Shown here one piece after another: positions 40,888-50,723 of a DNA stretch of 64,000 nucleotides. Made by a program: the position numbers and the translations under genes. The notes beneath the pieces are model-generated. The model made no database searches, was not told the DNA's origin, and saw nothing but the letters and a program-made list of their open reading frames with translations. This DNA comes from Candidatus Poribacteria bacterium. GTDB lineage: Bacteria > Poribacteria > WGA-4E > PCPOR2b. Position 1 is the stretch's first letter. Every line of letters begins with the position of its first letter. The stretch covers positions 3,680,001-3,744,000 of the forward strand of contig OZ242351.1 of the NCBI GenBank assembly GCA_965208675.1, in the 5' to 3' direction.

Positions 40888-41322
40888 TTAATTTTCCTGC
40901 TCATCGTAAAAATCAGTTTCCCCTACGTATTCATCGTCATCAAGTTCGTCTTCCTCTTCGTATTCTTCGTATTCATCGGACCCCATCAAGATATCGAGTT
41001 CTCTAGGTCCCTCAATACTCATCTTACAGATCCAACCATCTCCCTCTGGTGAACGATTGATTAAATCTGGATTATCTTCAAGGGCGACGTTCACCTCGAT
41101 AATTTCCCCCGTAACGGGGGCATACACGGGAAAAGTACCTCCGTCGGCAACTTCAATCCTGCCGAATGTATCTTCCTGCTCAAGTTCGTCGCCAACCAAC
41201 GGAAGTTCCACGAATACAATGTCGCCATAGGCCTGTTGGGCACGTTCGGTGATTCCAACAACCCCTTCTGAGTTAATGACCTCAATCCATTCATGTGTGG
41301 TCGTATATTTTACTTCACTCAC
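40888..41322 (-). CDS. Glycine cleavage H-like protein lacking the lipoyl lysine, with acidic tail
   Basis: KYTTTHEW, VGIT..AQ..GDIVFVELP, YAPVTGEI.EVN..L...P.LIN.SP..DGW; ESVK is replaced by EVADGG. Confidence 0.85.
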   Translation of the reverse strand: MSEVKYTTTHEWIEVINSEGVVGITERAQQAYGDIVFVELPLVGDELEQEDTFGRIEVADGGTFPVYAPVTGEIIEVNVALEDNPDLINRSPEGDGWICKMSIEGPRELDILMGSDEYEEYEEEDELDDDEYVGETDFYDEQEN

Positions 41323-41551
41323 GGTTCAGCCTCCCGAAGTTTCGTATCCCCGGTACTCCCCTCTTTTAACGGCGTAGATAACTTCAATACCTGAACGGAT
41401 GTTCTGCTTATGCTAAAATATGTCTTCATGGTAGTGTATTCAATCTGCATTCGTGCAAAGTCCTTTTGCTATTCCGTGCAAAAAACCATCGCCTGTCTTT
41501 TGAGATTACACCATTGTGAAAATGCCGCCGCGTCGAATCCCGCCTTCGCCG

Positions 41552-42322
41552 TTAATACTTGGCGGCGAACACTGCGAGTTTCCCAGGGTTTTCCCATGCG
41601 AGTTGAACGTCAGAAAAACCCGCTTCTCGGAGCAATCGGTTCTGGGTCGCTACAGAAAGCGTAATGTCGTAGTTCCATTCAGCACGATTTCCACCGGGGA
41701 GATTAGAGATCCATCGGTTGAACCAATATAAGGTCTCCTTCTCACCCTCAGGAGAATTCGACTGGTCGCCCTCAATGTACAAGCCAGCCGGCCGCAGCGC
41801 ATTTCTCACTTTTTTGTAGACGCGAACCTTCTCCTCTGGCGGCAGATGGTGCATGGTAAGGGTTGAGATAGCATAGTCATATTCGTCCTCACCCAGCGGG
41901 AAGTCGAGTAATGACCCTTGAACGAGTTTCAATTGTGCGGCAAAGCTGTCGAACTTCGACCTCAGTTGCTCAAGCATTTTGGGAGCCAAGTCAATTGCAG
42001 TTACCTTAGCATTGGGGGCTCGAGAAAAGACGAATTCGAGTTGTATACCAGTGCCGCAACCAAGATCCAGAATGTCCACTTCCGCTTGAGTCATTGGGAT
42101 TGGACGCGCAACAGCTTGGTAAAACGGGTCATCAGACTCAACACCGAACTTCTTGTCCCATATGTCGGCGGTGTCATTGAAGCATCCGTACAGTTCCTCA
42201 ATACCGTCGCACATCCACTCCGGAACGTCCTCACCAATTGGTCCCGGCGCGATACGGAGTTCTTCTTTCCTCCGCAGAAACTCCTCGTCTACTTTGTTCG
42301 CATCGTGGGTTTGATTCGTTAT
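41552..42322 (-). CDS. Class I SAM-dependent methyltransferase (start likely upstream of the ATG at 42214)
   Basis: ILDLGCGTG, AIDLAPKML, LTMHHL, LRPAG. The frame is open to an ATA at 42322, 7 nt after AAAAGGAG. Confidence 0.85.
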   Translation of the reverse strand: MTNQTHDANKVDEEFLRRKEELRIAPGPIGEDVPEWMCDGIEELYGCFNDTADIWDKKFGVESDDPFYQAVARPIPMTQAEVDILDLGCGTGIQLEFVFSRAPNAKVTAIDLAPKMLEQLRSKFDSFAAQLKLVQGSLLDFPLGEDEYDYAISTLTMHHLPPEEKVRVYKKVRNALRPAGLYIEGDQSNSPEGEKETLYWFNRWISNLPGGNRAEWNYDITLSVATQNRLLREAGFSDVQLAWENPGKLAVFAAKY

Positions 42323-42390
42323 GGTAATGCTCCTTTTAGCTCATCTGGTATGTATTAATCTTGCTTTGGTTCACATTACTATAGTCATTT

Positions 42391-43503
42391 TCAGTAACTC
42401 CGACCGATTGAAAAATAATACACCGATTGTCCTCGATCGATTCGTATTTGCTCCGCGGTATTAGCTTGAGGTTTAATCTGAGGCATGTAAGCAACGTTGA
42501 TATTCATCGTTCCCAGATTCATCCCCAATCCGACGGTTAATCCTTCAACCTTCCAAAGGCGGTGATCCACTTCAGTTTCTTCTGTCTCAAGATTGAAAAT
42601 CGAACCCATCCGGTTTTCAGTATGGCGCAGATAGCCGATTCGACCTGCAATACGCCCACGATACCAAACTTCTGCGCCGAAGCCGGTGCGGATGCCGGCG
42701 TCAAAAGGGGGATTGAGATCGAACGCAACGTGCACGGTGACATCTTTATAATGCCGCTGATAGGCTGCACCAAACAGCGCATCACGGCGAATTTTATCCG
42801 GAATCGAATCGTCAGAGAAGGACAATCCGTTGCTGAGATTTCTGACCAAAATCCCGATTCGGAGTTCCTTACCAAGCTGTTGCATCGCCCCCAAGTTATA
42901 GGCGTATCCGTGTCCGATGTGTCCTCGGTACTCGGACTCATGTACTTTAGATCTAATCCACTTCGCGTCTGCGCCGATGAACAATTCGCCGATCAGGCGT
43001 CTTCCGTAACCAACTCCAATTGCTAGATTATTCGCTGGGAAATTGTTTGTGGATTTGCCAAGGTGGTTGACACGGCTAAACCGCCCTTCATATTCAAAGG
43101 TGACATCAAAACCGATGACACCACCGTTATCCATGGGTGCAATATAGTTGATGGATTGAAACCCTGACGATCGGAGGTCATACCGCCCATAATCTTCATG
43201 CCGTTCAACATCATTCAGTTTGGAAACCACCGCGACTGTGCGAGGGAATCTCGCCGCGTGGGCAACGAATCGATTGCCCTCAATTAAACTAAGCCCCGCC
43301 GGATTGCTATTTAGCGCATTTGCACCTGTAATCGAACCGACAAAGCTACCGCCCATGCCCTGATGCGGCGCTGCGGTTAATCGCCGCAGAAATACATCGG
43401 CCGCAGATTGGGCTTCGCCATTCACATCTTCCGCGGACGCTAAGTTGAACGCGCCCAAAAGGCAAAACGCCAGAAAAAATCTGTTAACCCATTGACATCT
43501 CAT
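42391..43503 (-). CDS. PorV/PorQ-like outer-membrane beta-barrel protein
   Basis: Signal peptide, 'A..QGMGG...GANALNSNPAGL' FadL/PorV-type N-terminus, beta strands, terminal aromatic residue. Confidence 0.7.
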   Translation of the reverse strand: MRCQWVNRFFLAFCLLGAFNLASAEDVNGEAQSAADVFLRRLTAAPHQGMGGSFVGSITGANALNSNPAGLSLIEGNRFVAHAARFPRTVAVVSKLNDVERHEDYGRYDLRSSGFQSINYIAPMDNGGVIGFDVTFEYEGRFSRVNHLGKSTNNFPANNLAIGVGYGRRLIGELFIGADAKWIRSKVHESEYRGHIGHGYAYNLGAMQQLGKELRIGILVRNLSNGLSFSDDSIPDKIRRDALFGAAYQRHYKDVTVHVAFDLNPPFDAGIRTGFGAEVWYRGRIAGRIGYLRHTENRMGSIFNLETEETEVDHRLWKVEGLTVGLGMNLGTMNINVAYMPQIKPQANTAEQIRIDRGQSVYYFSIGRSY

Positions 43504-43541
43504 GACAATAGTAAAACCGATAAATGTTTTTTACACTGCGT

Positions 43542-43679
43542 TAGGTTCGGTTTCCTAACCGAACGGGTATTTGTTCAGTCCGAAGGCGCGGTTGGAAACC
43601 GTGCCTACCGGGTAAGAGTTTTAATGTTAGACACTGTATCTAGTTGTGGTTGTGCGGTGTAGTTGGAAACGGCACCTAC
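43542..43679. repeat. Cluster of three GTAG-type REP palindromes
   Basis: TAGGTTCGGTTTCCTAACCGAAC, GGCGCGGTTGGAAACCGTGCCTAC, GGTGTAGTTGGAAACGGCACCTAC. Confidence 0.7.
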
Positions 43680-43760
43680 TGAAACATGTATAGATTTTCA
43701 GGACTATTCGAAGAGTTGTATTGTCAAAACGGCGGTTGTTTGATGGAGGTCATTATGAGA

Positions 43761-44207
43761 CTATTGCGATTCGCCCCAAAGGATGACATTTGCCACCGCA
43801 TAGTTGTCCGTATGCGCCAGCGTTACAAAGGTTTGGGAGACACCCAGCGAATCTGCGTGTTGACGTGCCCTGCCGTTAAGGATCAACTCTGGTTTACCGA
43901 GTTCACCTGTAATGACCGCCGCATCGTGCCACCACATGCCAGGCCTTAACCCGGTTCCAAGAGCCTTAAAGGCGGCCTCTTTCGCCGCAAATCTGGCGGC
44001 AAGCCTTTGATAGCGTAAATCTGTGCCCCCACAGTATTTTATTTCTTCCGGTGTGAAAATTCGCTTTTCAAAGCGGTCACCCCACCGTGAACTCGCAGAT
44101 CTTATGCGTGCGACCTCTGCGATATCAACACCAATGCCTCGAATAAATACGGGATTAGTGCTTTTTTTAATGCTTTGTAAATCGGGCGCCAAATCCTGGA
44201 CCCTCAA
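43761..44207 (-). CDS. acpS: Holo-ACP synthase
   Basis: GIGVDI, RIFTPEE, AARFAAKEAAFKALGTG, GKP. Confidence 0.95.
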   Translation of the reverse strand: MRVQDLAPDLQSIKKSTNPVFIRGIGVDIAEVARIRSASSRWGDRFEKRIFTPEEIKYCGGTDLRYQRLAARFAAKEAAFKALGTGLRPGMWWHDAAVITGELGKPELILNGRARQHADSLGVSQTFVTLAHTDNYAVANVILWGESQ

Positions 44208-45064
44208 GAATTAGTTGAATCAGCGTGGCGATAGATTGCGTCTGTCATTTGAGCAACTCGACGCATGGCTTTCACATCATGGACGCGGATAACTTCTGCA
44301 CCTTGAGCAATTGCCCAAGCAACTGTAGCGGCAGTGCCTTCCAACCGGTCATTCACTGGAAGATCGAGGATATTCCCAATTAAAGATTTTTTGGAAGTAC
44401 CAATTAGGATGGGCTTGTTCAAGGATTGAAAATCACGAAGCCGGCGTAAAATCTGCAGATTATGCTCGGTAGTTTTACCAAATCCGATGCCGGGATCAAT
44501 TAGAATGCGATCCGGATGAATTCCATTTTTTTCTGCGTCTTCAATACAATCTTGGAAAAAACGGTAAATCTCCGAGATTACATTCTGGTAGGCGGGCGAG
44601 CGCTGCATTGTTCGAGGATTACCCTTCATGTGCATCAGGACTAATCCTGCTTGCATTTTGCTGACGACCGATGCCATGTCTGAATCGCCGCTTAGCGCCG
44701 TAATATCATTGACGATATGGGCTCCCGCTTGAAGCGCTCGGCGCGCGACATGCGCTTTGTAGGTGTCAATGGAAATGGGAACGGGAATTTCGCTTACGAG
44801 CGCTTCAACAACCGGCAGGATGCGCGCTAACTCTTCATCGGCGGAAATTGATAATGCGCCCGGTCGAGACGATTCGCCGCCGATATCAATGATATCCGCC
44901 CCATCCTTAACCATGGTTTTGGAATGGGCAATAGCACTATCAACCTCAAAATAACGCCCGTTCTCTGAAAAGGAATCCGGCGTTACATTCAACACGCCCA
45001 TAATGAGCGTGCGTTGCCCAAATACGAGTTGCTTTCCGCGGCAGTTCATAGGTTGCAGCGCCAA
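44204..45064 (-). CDS. folP: Dihydropteroate synthase
   Basis: IMGVLNVTPDSFS, GGESSRPG, SIDT, DPGIGFGK, RVHDV. Confidence 0.97.
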   Translation of the reverse strand: MALQPMNCRGKQLVFGQRTLIMGVLNVTPDSFSENGRYFEVDSAIAHSKTMVKDGADIIDIGGESSRPGALSISADEELARILPVVEALVSEIPVPISIDTYKAHVARRALQAGAHIVNDITALSGDSDMASVVSKMQAGLVLMHMKGNPRTMQRSPAYQNVISEIYRFFQDCIEDAEKNGIHPDRILIDPGIGFGKTTEHNLQILRRLRDFQSLNKPILIGTSKKSLIGNILDLPVNDRLEGTAATVAWAIAQGAEVIRVHDVKAMRRVAQMTDAIYRHADSTNS

Positions 45065-45066
45065 TA

Positions 45067-46938
45067 TTAGGTAGTAGAAACCTGTTGGCGAGGTCCGAGA
45101 ATTTCCTCAATCTCGTCGCCAATGAGCGTTTCCCTTTCTAACAGAGCATCCGCAAGTTTTTTCAGGCCGTCAAGGTTCGTTTCGATGAGATGCTTGGCTT
45201 GATTGTAGCACCCAGTTATGATGCTATGAACGGCTTGATCGATTTCAATGGCAGTTTTTTCGCTATAGTCTTTGTGGTGGGCGATTTCCTTGCCCAAAAA
45301 TACCTGTTCATCGCGCCTGCCGAAGGAAAGAGGTCCTAGCTCGCTCATGCCCCATTGTGTGACCATCTTACGTGCCAAATCCGTAGCTTGTTCGAAATCA
45401 TTTTGTGCGCCCGTGGTCAGTTCGCCAAAGATAAGTTCTTCAGCGACACGTCCGCCAAGCGCGGTAGTAATGCCGGCAATGAGATATTTTTTGCTGAAGT
45501 TACGGCGTTCTTCAAGCGGCAAGCCCACCGAGACACCGAGTGCTCTCCCTCGTGGAATAATGGTAGATTTATAGTGAGGGTCGTTGTCCGGAATGATATG
45601 CCGCAGCAAAGTGTGCCCCGCCTCATGATATGCCGTAACGCGTTTGTCCTCTTCGCTAATGACTAGACTACGGCGTTCAGGCCCCATCATGACTCGGTCC
45701 TTGGCTTCATCAAAACAACTCATGTCAACTGCATCTTTATCTTCCTTGGCTGCAAGCAGCGCAGCCTCGTTCACCATGTTTGCGATGTCCGCGCCTGAGA
45801 AGTATGGCGTTGCCCGCGCCAATATTTCCAAGTTTACATCCTCACCGACCTTAATGGGCGATGCAGCGTGCACTTTGAATATCTCTTCACGCCCTTTGAT
45901 ATCGGGGAGGTCGACGACAATCTGACGATCAAAACGCCCAGGACGAAGCAACGCCGGGTCTAACACATCTGGACGGTTCGTCGCAGCAATGAGAATGACT
46001 CCTTCGGACGTATCGAAGCCGTCCATTTCGACTAGCAGTTGGTTCAAGGTCTGTTCGCGCTCATCGTGTCCACCACCGATGCCAGCGCCGCGATGCCTGC
46101 CTACAGCGTCGAGTTCGTCGATAAAGATAATGCACGGCGCATTCTTTTTTCCAGTCTCGAAGAGATCTCGCACACGCGATGCACCGACACCTACGAACAT
46201 CTCAACGAAATCAGATCCGCTGATGCTATAGAATGGAACATTTGCTTCGCCAGCGACTGCACGCGCGAGCAAAGTTTTTCCTGTCCCCGGCGGTCCCATT
46301 AACAAAACGCCCATGGGGATACGCCCGCCGAGCCGCTGAAATTTCTGCGAGTCCTTGAGGAATTCGATAACTTCTGCTAGCCCGTCCTTCGCCTCATCGC
46401 ATCCTGCAACATCTGCGAATGTCCTTTTGGGTTGGTTTTCAGAGTGGAGCCGCGCGCGGCTTTTTCCGAACGATAAAGCCCGATTTCCGGTTCCCTGTAC
46501 TTGCCTCGAAAGAAAAATCATAATGCCAATAAAAAGCATAATTGGCAGTATTGATGTTAAAGAGATCATAATCCATTGCGGCATCTGCGACGGCGGTTCA
46601 ATGTTATACGGTATGCCCTGCTCCATCAATTTCTTTTCAAGTGGATACTCCGAATATATATCGCGATATATTCTGAATTCTCCTTTTGGATTTGCTTTTA
46701 ATGGTGGGTTGTTGTCTTGCATAGCCCGCTCATTCAGTTGGCCTTTAATCCACTCCTTGCCAATTGTTATTTCGTCAAAATACGTCCTGCCATCGCCGTT
46801 TTCGATGAGTTGATAGAATTCAGAGGTCTTCGGGTCATTTTTCACTTTATCATCGGGGTTGATAAGGCGCCACATGACAATGGTGACGATGGATGCCATG
46901 ATTAGCCAAACCACTATGTTTTTTGCATTCTTGTTCAC
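45067..46938 (-). CDS. ftsH: ATP-dependent zinc metalloprotease FtsH
   Basis: Two TM helices, [38 protein letters not shown]. Confidence 0.98.
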   Translation of the reverse strand: MNKNAKNIVVWLIMASIVTIVMWRLINPDDKVKNDPKTSEFYQLIENGDGRTYFDEITIGKEWIKGQLNERAMQDNNPPLKANPKGEFRIYRDIYSEYPLEKKLMEQGIPYNIEPPSQMPQWIMISLTSILPIMLFIGIMIFLSRQVQGTGNRALSFGKSRARLHSENQPKRTFADVAGCDEAKDGLAEVIEFLKDSQKFQRLGGRIPMGVLLMGPPGTGKTLLARAVAGEANVPFYSISGSDFVEMFVGVGASRVRDLFETGKKNAPCIIFIDELDAVGRHRGAGIGGGHDEREQTLNQLLVEMDGFDTSEGVILIAATNRPDVLDPALLRPGRFDRQIVVDLPDIKGREEIFKVHAASPIKVGEDVNLEILARATPYFSGADIANMVNEAALLAAKEDKDAVDMSCFDEAKDRVMMGPERRSLVISEEDKRVTAYHEAGHTLLRHIIPDNDPHYKSTIIPRGRALGVSVGLPLEERRNFSKKYLIAGITTALGGRVAEELIFGELTTGAQNDFEQATDLARKMVTQWGMSELGPLSFGRRDEQVFLGKEIAHHKDYSEKTAIEIDQAVHSIITGCYNQAKHLIETNLDGLKKLADALLERETLIGDEIEEILGPRQQVSTT

Positions 46939-47252
46939 AACACATGAACCTTTCTTTTTAGTTCAACAGCAGAACGAGCTAAAAACAGCTTTAAATTGCA
47001 GGGCGTGACAATTCTTTTACGCCGCCATCCGATTTTAAGTCGAGGTCGGATCAGGCAATCAAAAAAGTATACCAAATCCTTTTTGAAATATCAATGGAAA
47101 TTAGAGTATCCGCGAGTACGCTACGCTGGGCAACGGATTAAGCGCAGTTGCGGTGGCATAGCCGTTGAACACACTAACTCCGTATGATTAGTTAGGACAC
47201 TGAGCCGTTAAAGAAGGTTTATGCCGTTACAACCTATCGGGACGATTCGGTG

Positions 47253-47573
47253 TTATTGGAGGACCGACTTGGGAGTGGCTTGTAGACGTGTGATTACACT
47301 TCGCTCTCGATCAATCATGTTGGGAACATGGGGGTTAATCTCGGTTTTCCAGTAGTCGCTTTCATAGACGGCACCGTAAAGTTGCTGACGCTCCTCCTCA
47401 CTCTCGAAACGGCGAATCCAGACGAACAAGTCGTCTTCTTCCTGCCCAACAAAACTCCCTAAAACCACCATCCCCTGCGAGATTTGGAACGGGATAATCT
47501 TTTCTTCCATAAACTTCACCCAATTTTCACGTTGACCGGGTTTTGTACGATACTGACGCAGTTCAAAGAACAT
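47253..47573 (-). CDS. NIPSNAP-family protein
   Basis: MFFELRQYRTKPG...FVWIRRFESEEER. Confidence 0.85.
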   Translation of the reverse strand: MFFELRQYRTKPGQRENWVKFMEEKIIPFQISQGMVVLGSFVGQEEDDLFVWIRRFESEEERQQLYGAVYESDYWKTEINPHVPNMIDRERSVITRLQATPKSVLQ

Positions 47574-48090
47574 GTCTAACTCCTTTTCACTTTCAAAATG
47601 TTAACGCTTGCGTACGATGAATCGAATGATATCATTATACATCTGCCTAATGTCCCTTTGCATCTTTTTGGATTGGGAATCATGGCACAATTCCCTCGGT
47701 CGTACCGTTAATCTAGATTTACGGCCGGAAATCCAGAGGTATGGCCGCAGTAAATTCTACCATACATCCGTCATGTGGTGTAGATGATTGGTTCGCGCCG
47801 CGTGCGAAAAACACCGACGCATAATCATGCCAATCTCCGTCTACAGGCGTTCGGCTTGCGTCCACCGCTAGAGAGATGCGCCTCCAGAGAGGAAGTGCGC
47901 GCCAGTAATGAGATGGAGTACTTTAGGAGTTTTGACTTGAAATTCTGCCGATTTTCAGATAATATTGACGAATTAAAGAGTATTTAAATTAACATCCATT
48001 TGGGTGCAGTTCACCCGCCTCCTTGCATAATGAGGCTCACAGCAGTAGGCGAAATCAAGCACTGCCGGAGATTCCTCAAGGAACAGTTGG

Positions 48091-48585
48091 ATGCCGATTT
48101 ACGAGTTTTATTGCAAAGCATGTCATACGGTCTATCAATTCTTCGCCAGAACGGTTAACACAGAGAAAAAACCGAGTTGCCCGAGATGCAAAAACAGCGA
48201 GTTAAAGCGCAACGTGTCGAAGTTCGCCACAATTTCCGTTAGGAGTGGCGAAGGCGGCGATGGCGCAGAATTGTCGCAGATGGACGAAGCAAAAATGGAG
48301 AAAGCCATGGCAATGCTTGCCAGCGAAGCGGATAACATCAACGAAGATGACCCGCGCCAAGCAGCCGACCTGATGCGAAAACTCTCCGATGCAACCGGAT
48401 TGAACATGGGATCGGGGATGGAAGAAGCCCTGAGCCGCCTTGAACAGGGAGAAGATCCCGCCAAGATTGAAGAGGAGATAGGCGATTTGCTCGGAGCAGA
48501 TGAACCGCAATTGTTAGAAACATGCAGGAAGAAGGACAGCAGCAAACCTAAGCCGAATGTCGATGAGACGCTCTATGAGCTATGA
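48091..48585 (+). CDS. FmdB-family zinc-ribbon protein with acidic C-terminal extension
   Basis: MPIYEFYCxxC...CPxC. Confidence 0.85.
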   Translation: MPIYEFYCKACHTVYQFFARTVNTEKKPSCPRCKNSELKRNVSKFATISVRSGEGGDGAELSQMDEAKMEKAMAMLASEADNINEDDPRQAADLMRKLSDATGLNMGSGMEEALSRLEQGEDPAKIEEEIGDLLGADEPQLLETCRKKDSSKPKPNVDETLYEL

Positions 48586-48605
48586 GCGGAAGAACGGGGA
48601 CCGCG

Positions 48606-48634
48606 TTGACAGATCGCTCATGATTTGCTAGAAT
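48606..48634 (+). promoter_or_regulatory. Sigma70-type promoter
   Basis: TTGACA-N17-TAGAAT upstream of the small AtuA-related gene. Confidence 0.65.
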
Positions 48635-48718
48635 CGGATTCCGACGTTCGACACATTGGAAACAAGAGTTGATGCCTTAAACTCACGCGAACATAATCAT
48701 ACCAAGGTGTAAAACAAA

Positions 48719-49045
48719 ATGAAGAAAATTCAGCTCCGAGAAATCTGCCATTCTAGATCCGGCGACAAAGGCGACACAGGGAACATCGGGCTCATCGTTT
48801 ATGACAAAAAACATTACGAATTGATTAAACGGGAAGTCACGGCGGAACGTGTCAAGGATTTCTTTAAGGGAAGTGTCAAAGGAGACGTGGAACGATACGA
48901 GTTGCCGCGGATGGGAGCGCTAAACTTCGTGCTCTATAATGCGCTGGATGGCGGCGCCACCCGCACGCTAACAATGGATGCCTATGGCAAGGTATTGAGT
49001 TCCGCTCTGCTGGCGCTAGAGATTCAAGTGCCCGATGACTTTTAG
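48719..49045 (+). CDS. AtuA-related small protein, orphan second copy
   Basis: HSRSGDKGD...VERYELPRMGALNFVL; close paralogue of 18373..18693. Confidence 0.9.
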   Translation: MKKIQLREICHSRSGDKGDTGNIGLIVYDKKHYELIKREVTAERVKDFFKGSVKGDVERYELPRMGALNFVLYNALDGGATRTLTMDAYGKVLSSALLALEIQVPDDF

Positions 49046-49127
49046 ATTTACGTTGTTCGAATTGGAAAACGTGGCGAAAACGCGAGTGGGAAAGCACTAG
49101 TAGAAACGGTGTAAATGACGGGAAGAC

Positions 49128-49255
49128 ATTTCACAGTTTTCGCAGTAAATTGAAACGAATCGGACATCGGATTGAAGTTCGGGAGGCGTTAAACGCAGTC
49201 TGGGACTGGCTCTCAATCCGTTATTTTCCGAGAATCGGATATGCTAACTGTGAAA
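49128..49255. mobile_element. MITE-like element, family A, copy 2 (inverted)
   Basis: TTTCACAGT...ACTGTGAAA ends; the reverse complement shares CCAGACTG..TTTAACGCCTCC and TCAATTTACTG.GAAAACTGTGAAATGT with copy 1. Confidence 0.65.
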
Positions 49256-49473
49256 CTCCGACGATTCTCGGAGCAAGGAAAATTCAATGCTGGCACAAGT
49301 CTTCGTAGGGTGGGTCGATTGGTGTGGGTGAATCACGTAAATTGTTAAAAATGGGATTCGATTGATTGCATGCGTTCGTGAATTTTTAGGTGTAACGTAA
49401 CCCTACGCTATTTGTCGTTTCGATGTTTGTATTGGCGTGATTCACCGAATGGTTATTAGGGAGATTTAAAAAC

Positions 49474-49576
49474 GTTGGGTTTCGCTACATGCATTTTGAA
49501 TTTGAAGAGGTATCGTCTTACGGGGATCAATTGGATATTGAAGCATCTTTCATTGAATCCGCTCTACCCAACCTAC
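49474..49576. repeat. 103-bp REP/MITE-like element, copy 1
   Basis: GTTGGGTTTCGCTAC...ATTGAATCCGC...ACCCAACCTAC. Confidence 0.8.
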
Positions 49577-49747
49577 AAGGAATTGCCGCCCATTCAGATT
49601 TGAAGCGGGAACTTAGGTTGGGAGACCCAACCCCTACGAGCGTTGGTGTATCTGTGCGCTGCACTTGATTGTCGGGTTGCAATGATGAGTCAGCAGAACC
49701 TAACAGTTTGAAAAGCGTTGGGTTTGGTGTCAACTAAGTTGAAAGGA

Positions 49748-50254
49748 ATGCCAATGGGTATTAGGACATATTTTGCGTATGGTTCCAACATGTCTTTGAA
49801 GAGAATCAAAAAAAGGGTACCGTCCGCCAAGCCGATTGGAGCGGGAATACTCCGTTGTCACCGTCTTGAATTTCACAAGGAAAGTGTTGATGGATCCGGC
49901 AAGTGCGATATTGTGGTTTCATCAGCGGCTGATGTGGTATGGGGGCGTGTGTACCACATCGACGACAAAGAAAAGGCATTTCTTGATGTCGCCGAGGGAC
50001 TAAGATTCGGTTATGCTCAAAAAATCGTTACCGTCGAATCCAATGTTTGTTCCGCTGTTTGTGCAGTGACTTACTATGCTACGAAGAAGGGCACAAAACT
50101 GAAACCTTATACATGGTACAAGACGCATGTTTTGAAGGGGGCGGAGGAAGCTAGTCTTCCTGAGGACTATATCGAGCGAATAAAAGCAATTGATGCGGTA
50201 GAGGACTGCTGCAAAGAGCGGGAGGCGAGAGAGCTTGAGATATACTGCTGCTGA
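49748..50254 (+). CDS. Gamma-glutamylcyclotransferase-family protein
   Basis: YFAYGSNM, VVWGRVY, LDVAEG, LPEDYIE. Confidence 0.88.
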   Translation: MPMGIRTYFAYGSNMSLKRIKKRVPSAKPIGAGILRCHRLEFHKESVDGSGKCDIVVSSAADVVWGRVYHIDDKEKAFLDVAEGLRFGYAQKIVTVESNVCSAVCAVTYYATKKGTKLKPYTWYKTHVLKGAEEASLPEDYIERIKAIDAVEDCCKEREARELEIYCC

Positions 50255-50313
50255 ACACTTGTAAGGTGAGTTAAAGCATTGTAGGGATTATGTTTAGGGG
50301 TAGATTGAAAAGA

Positions 50314-50416
50314 GTTGGGTTTCGCTACATTCATATTGAATTTGAAGCAGTATCGCATTTCGGGGATCAATTGGATATTGAGGCGTCTTTCATTGAATCC
50401 GCTTAACCCAACCTAC
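50314..50416. repeat. 103-bp REP/MITE-like element, copy 2
   Basis: Close direct repeat of 49474..49576. Confidence 0.8.
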
Positions 50417-50649
50417 AGGAACTGCTACAAGAACATGAAGACTTGAAGACTATCGCCCTCACTATTCGTTCGGTTGATCCGTCTCCCACAGTGGACGTTC
50501 TTACTTGTTCATCCAATAATCGTTCTCCTCCTTACCGACGATCAGTTAGGGGAGGTCGTAAGTTGAGTTTCGCCGTTTACGCAACCCAACTTACATTTTC
50601 TATTCGATCGCTTGATCTAAACCCAACACACTGTTCTGAATGTAAGAAA

Positions 50650-50679
50650 ACCCCCCAACCCCCCTTGTCAGGGGGGCTT
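50650..50679. repeat. C/G-rich palindrome (terminator or REP-like)
   Basis: ACCCCCCAACCCCCCTTGTCAGGGGGGCTT just downstream of the large hydrolase gene. Confidence 0.45.
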
Positions 50680-50723
50680 TTGAGTTTCTCCGAAACACCG
50701 GTATCAACATACGATTGTCCGTG

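Noticed and set aside
49474-50416. Integron attC cassette interpretation (GTTRRRY/RYYYAAC boxes)
   Set aside because: The boxes are in the reverse order within each repeat, the ends are GTAG-REP-like, and there is no integrase.
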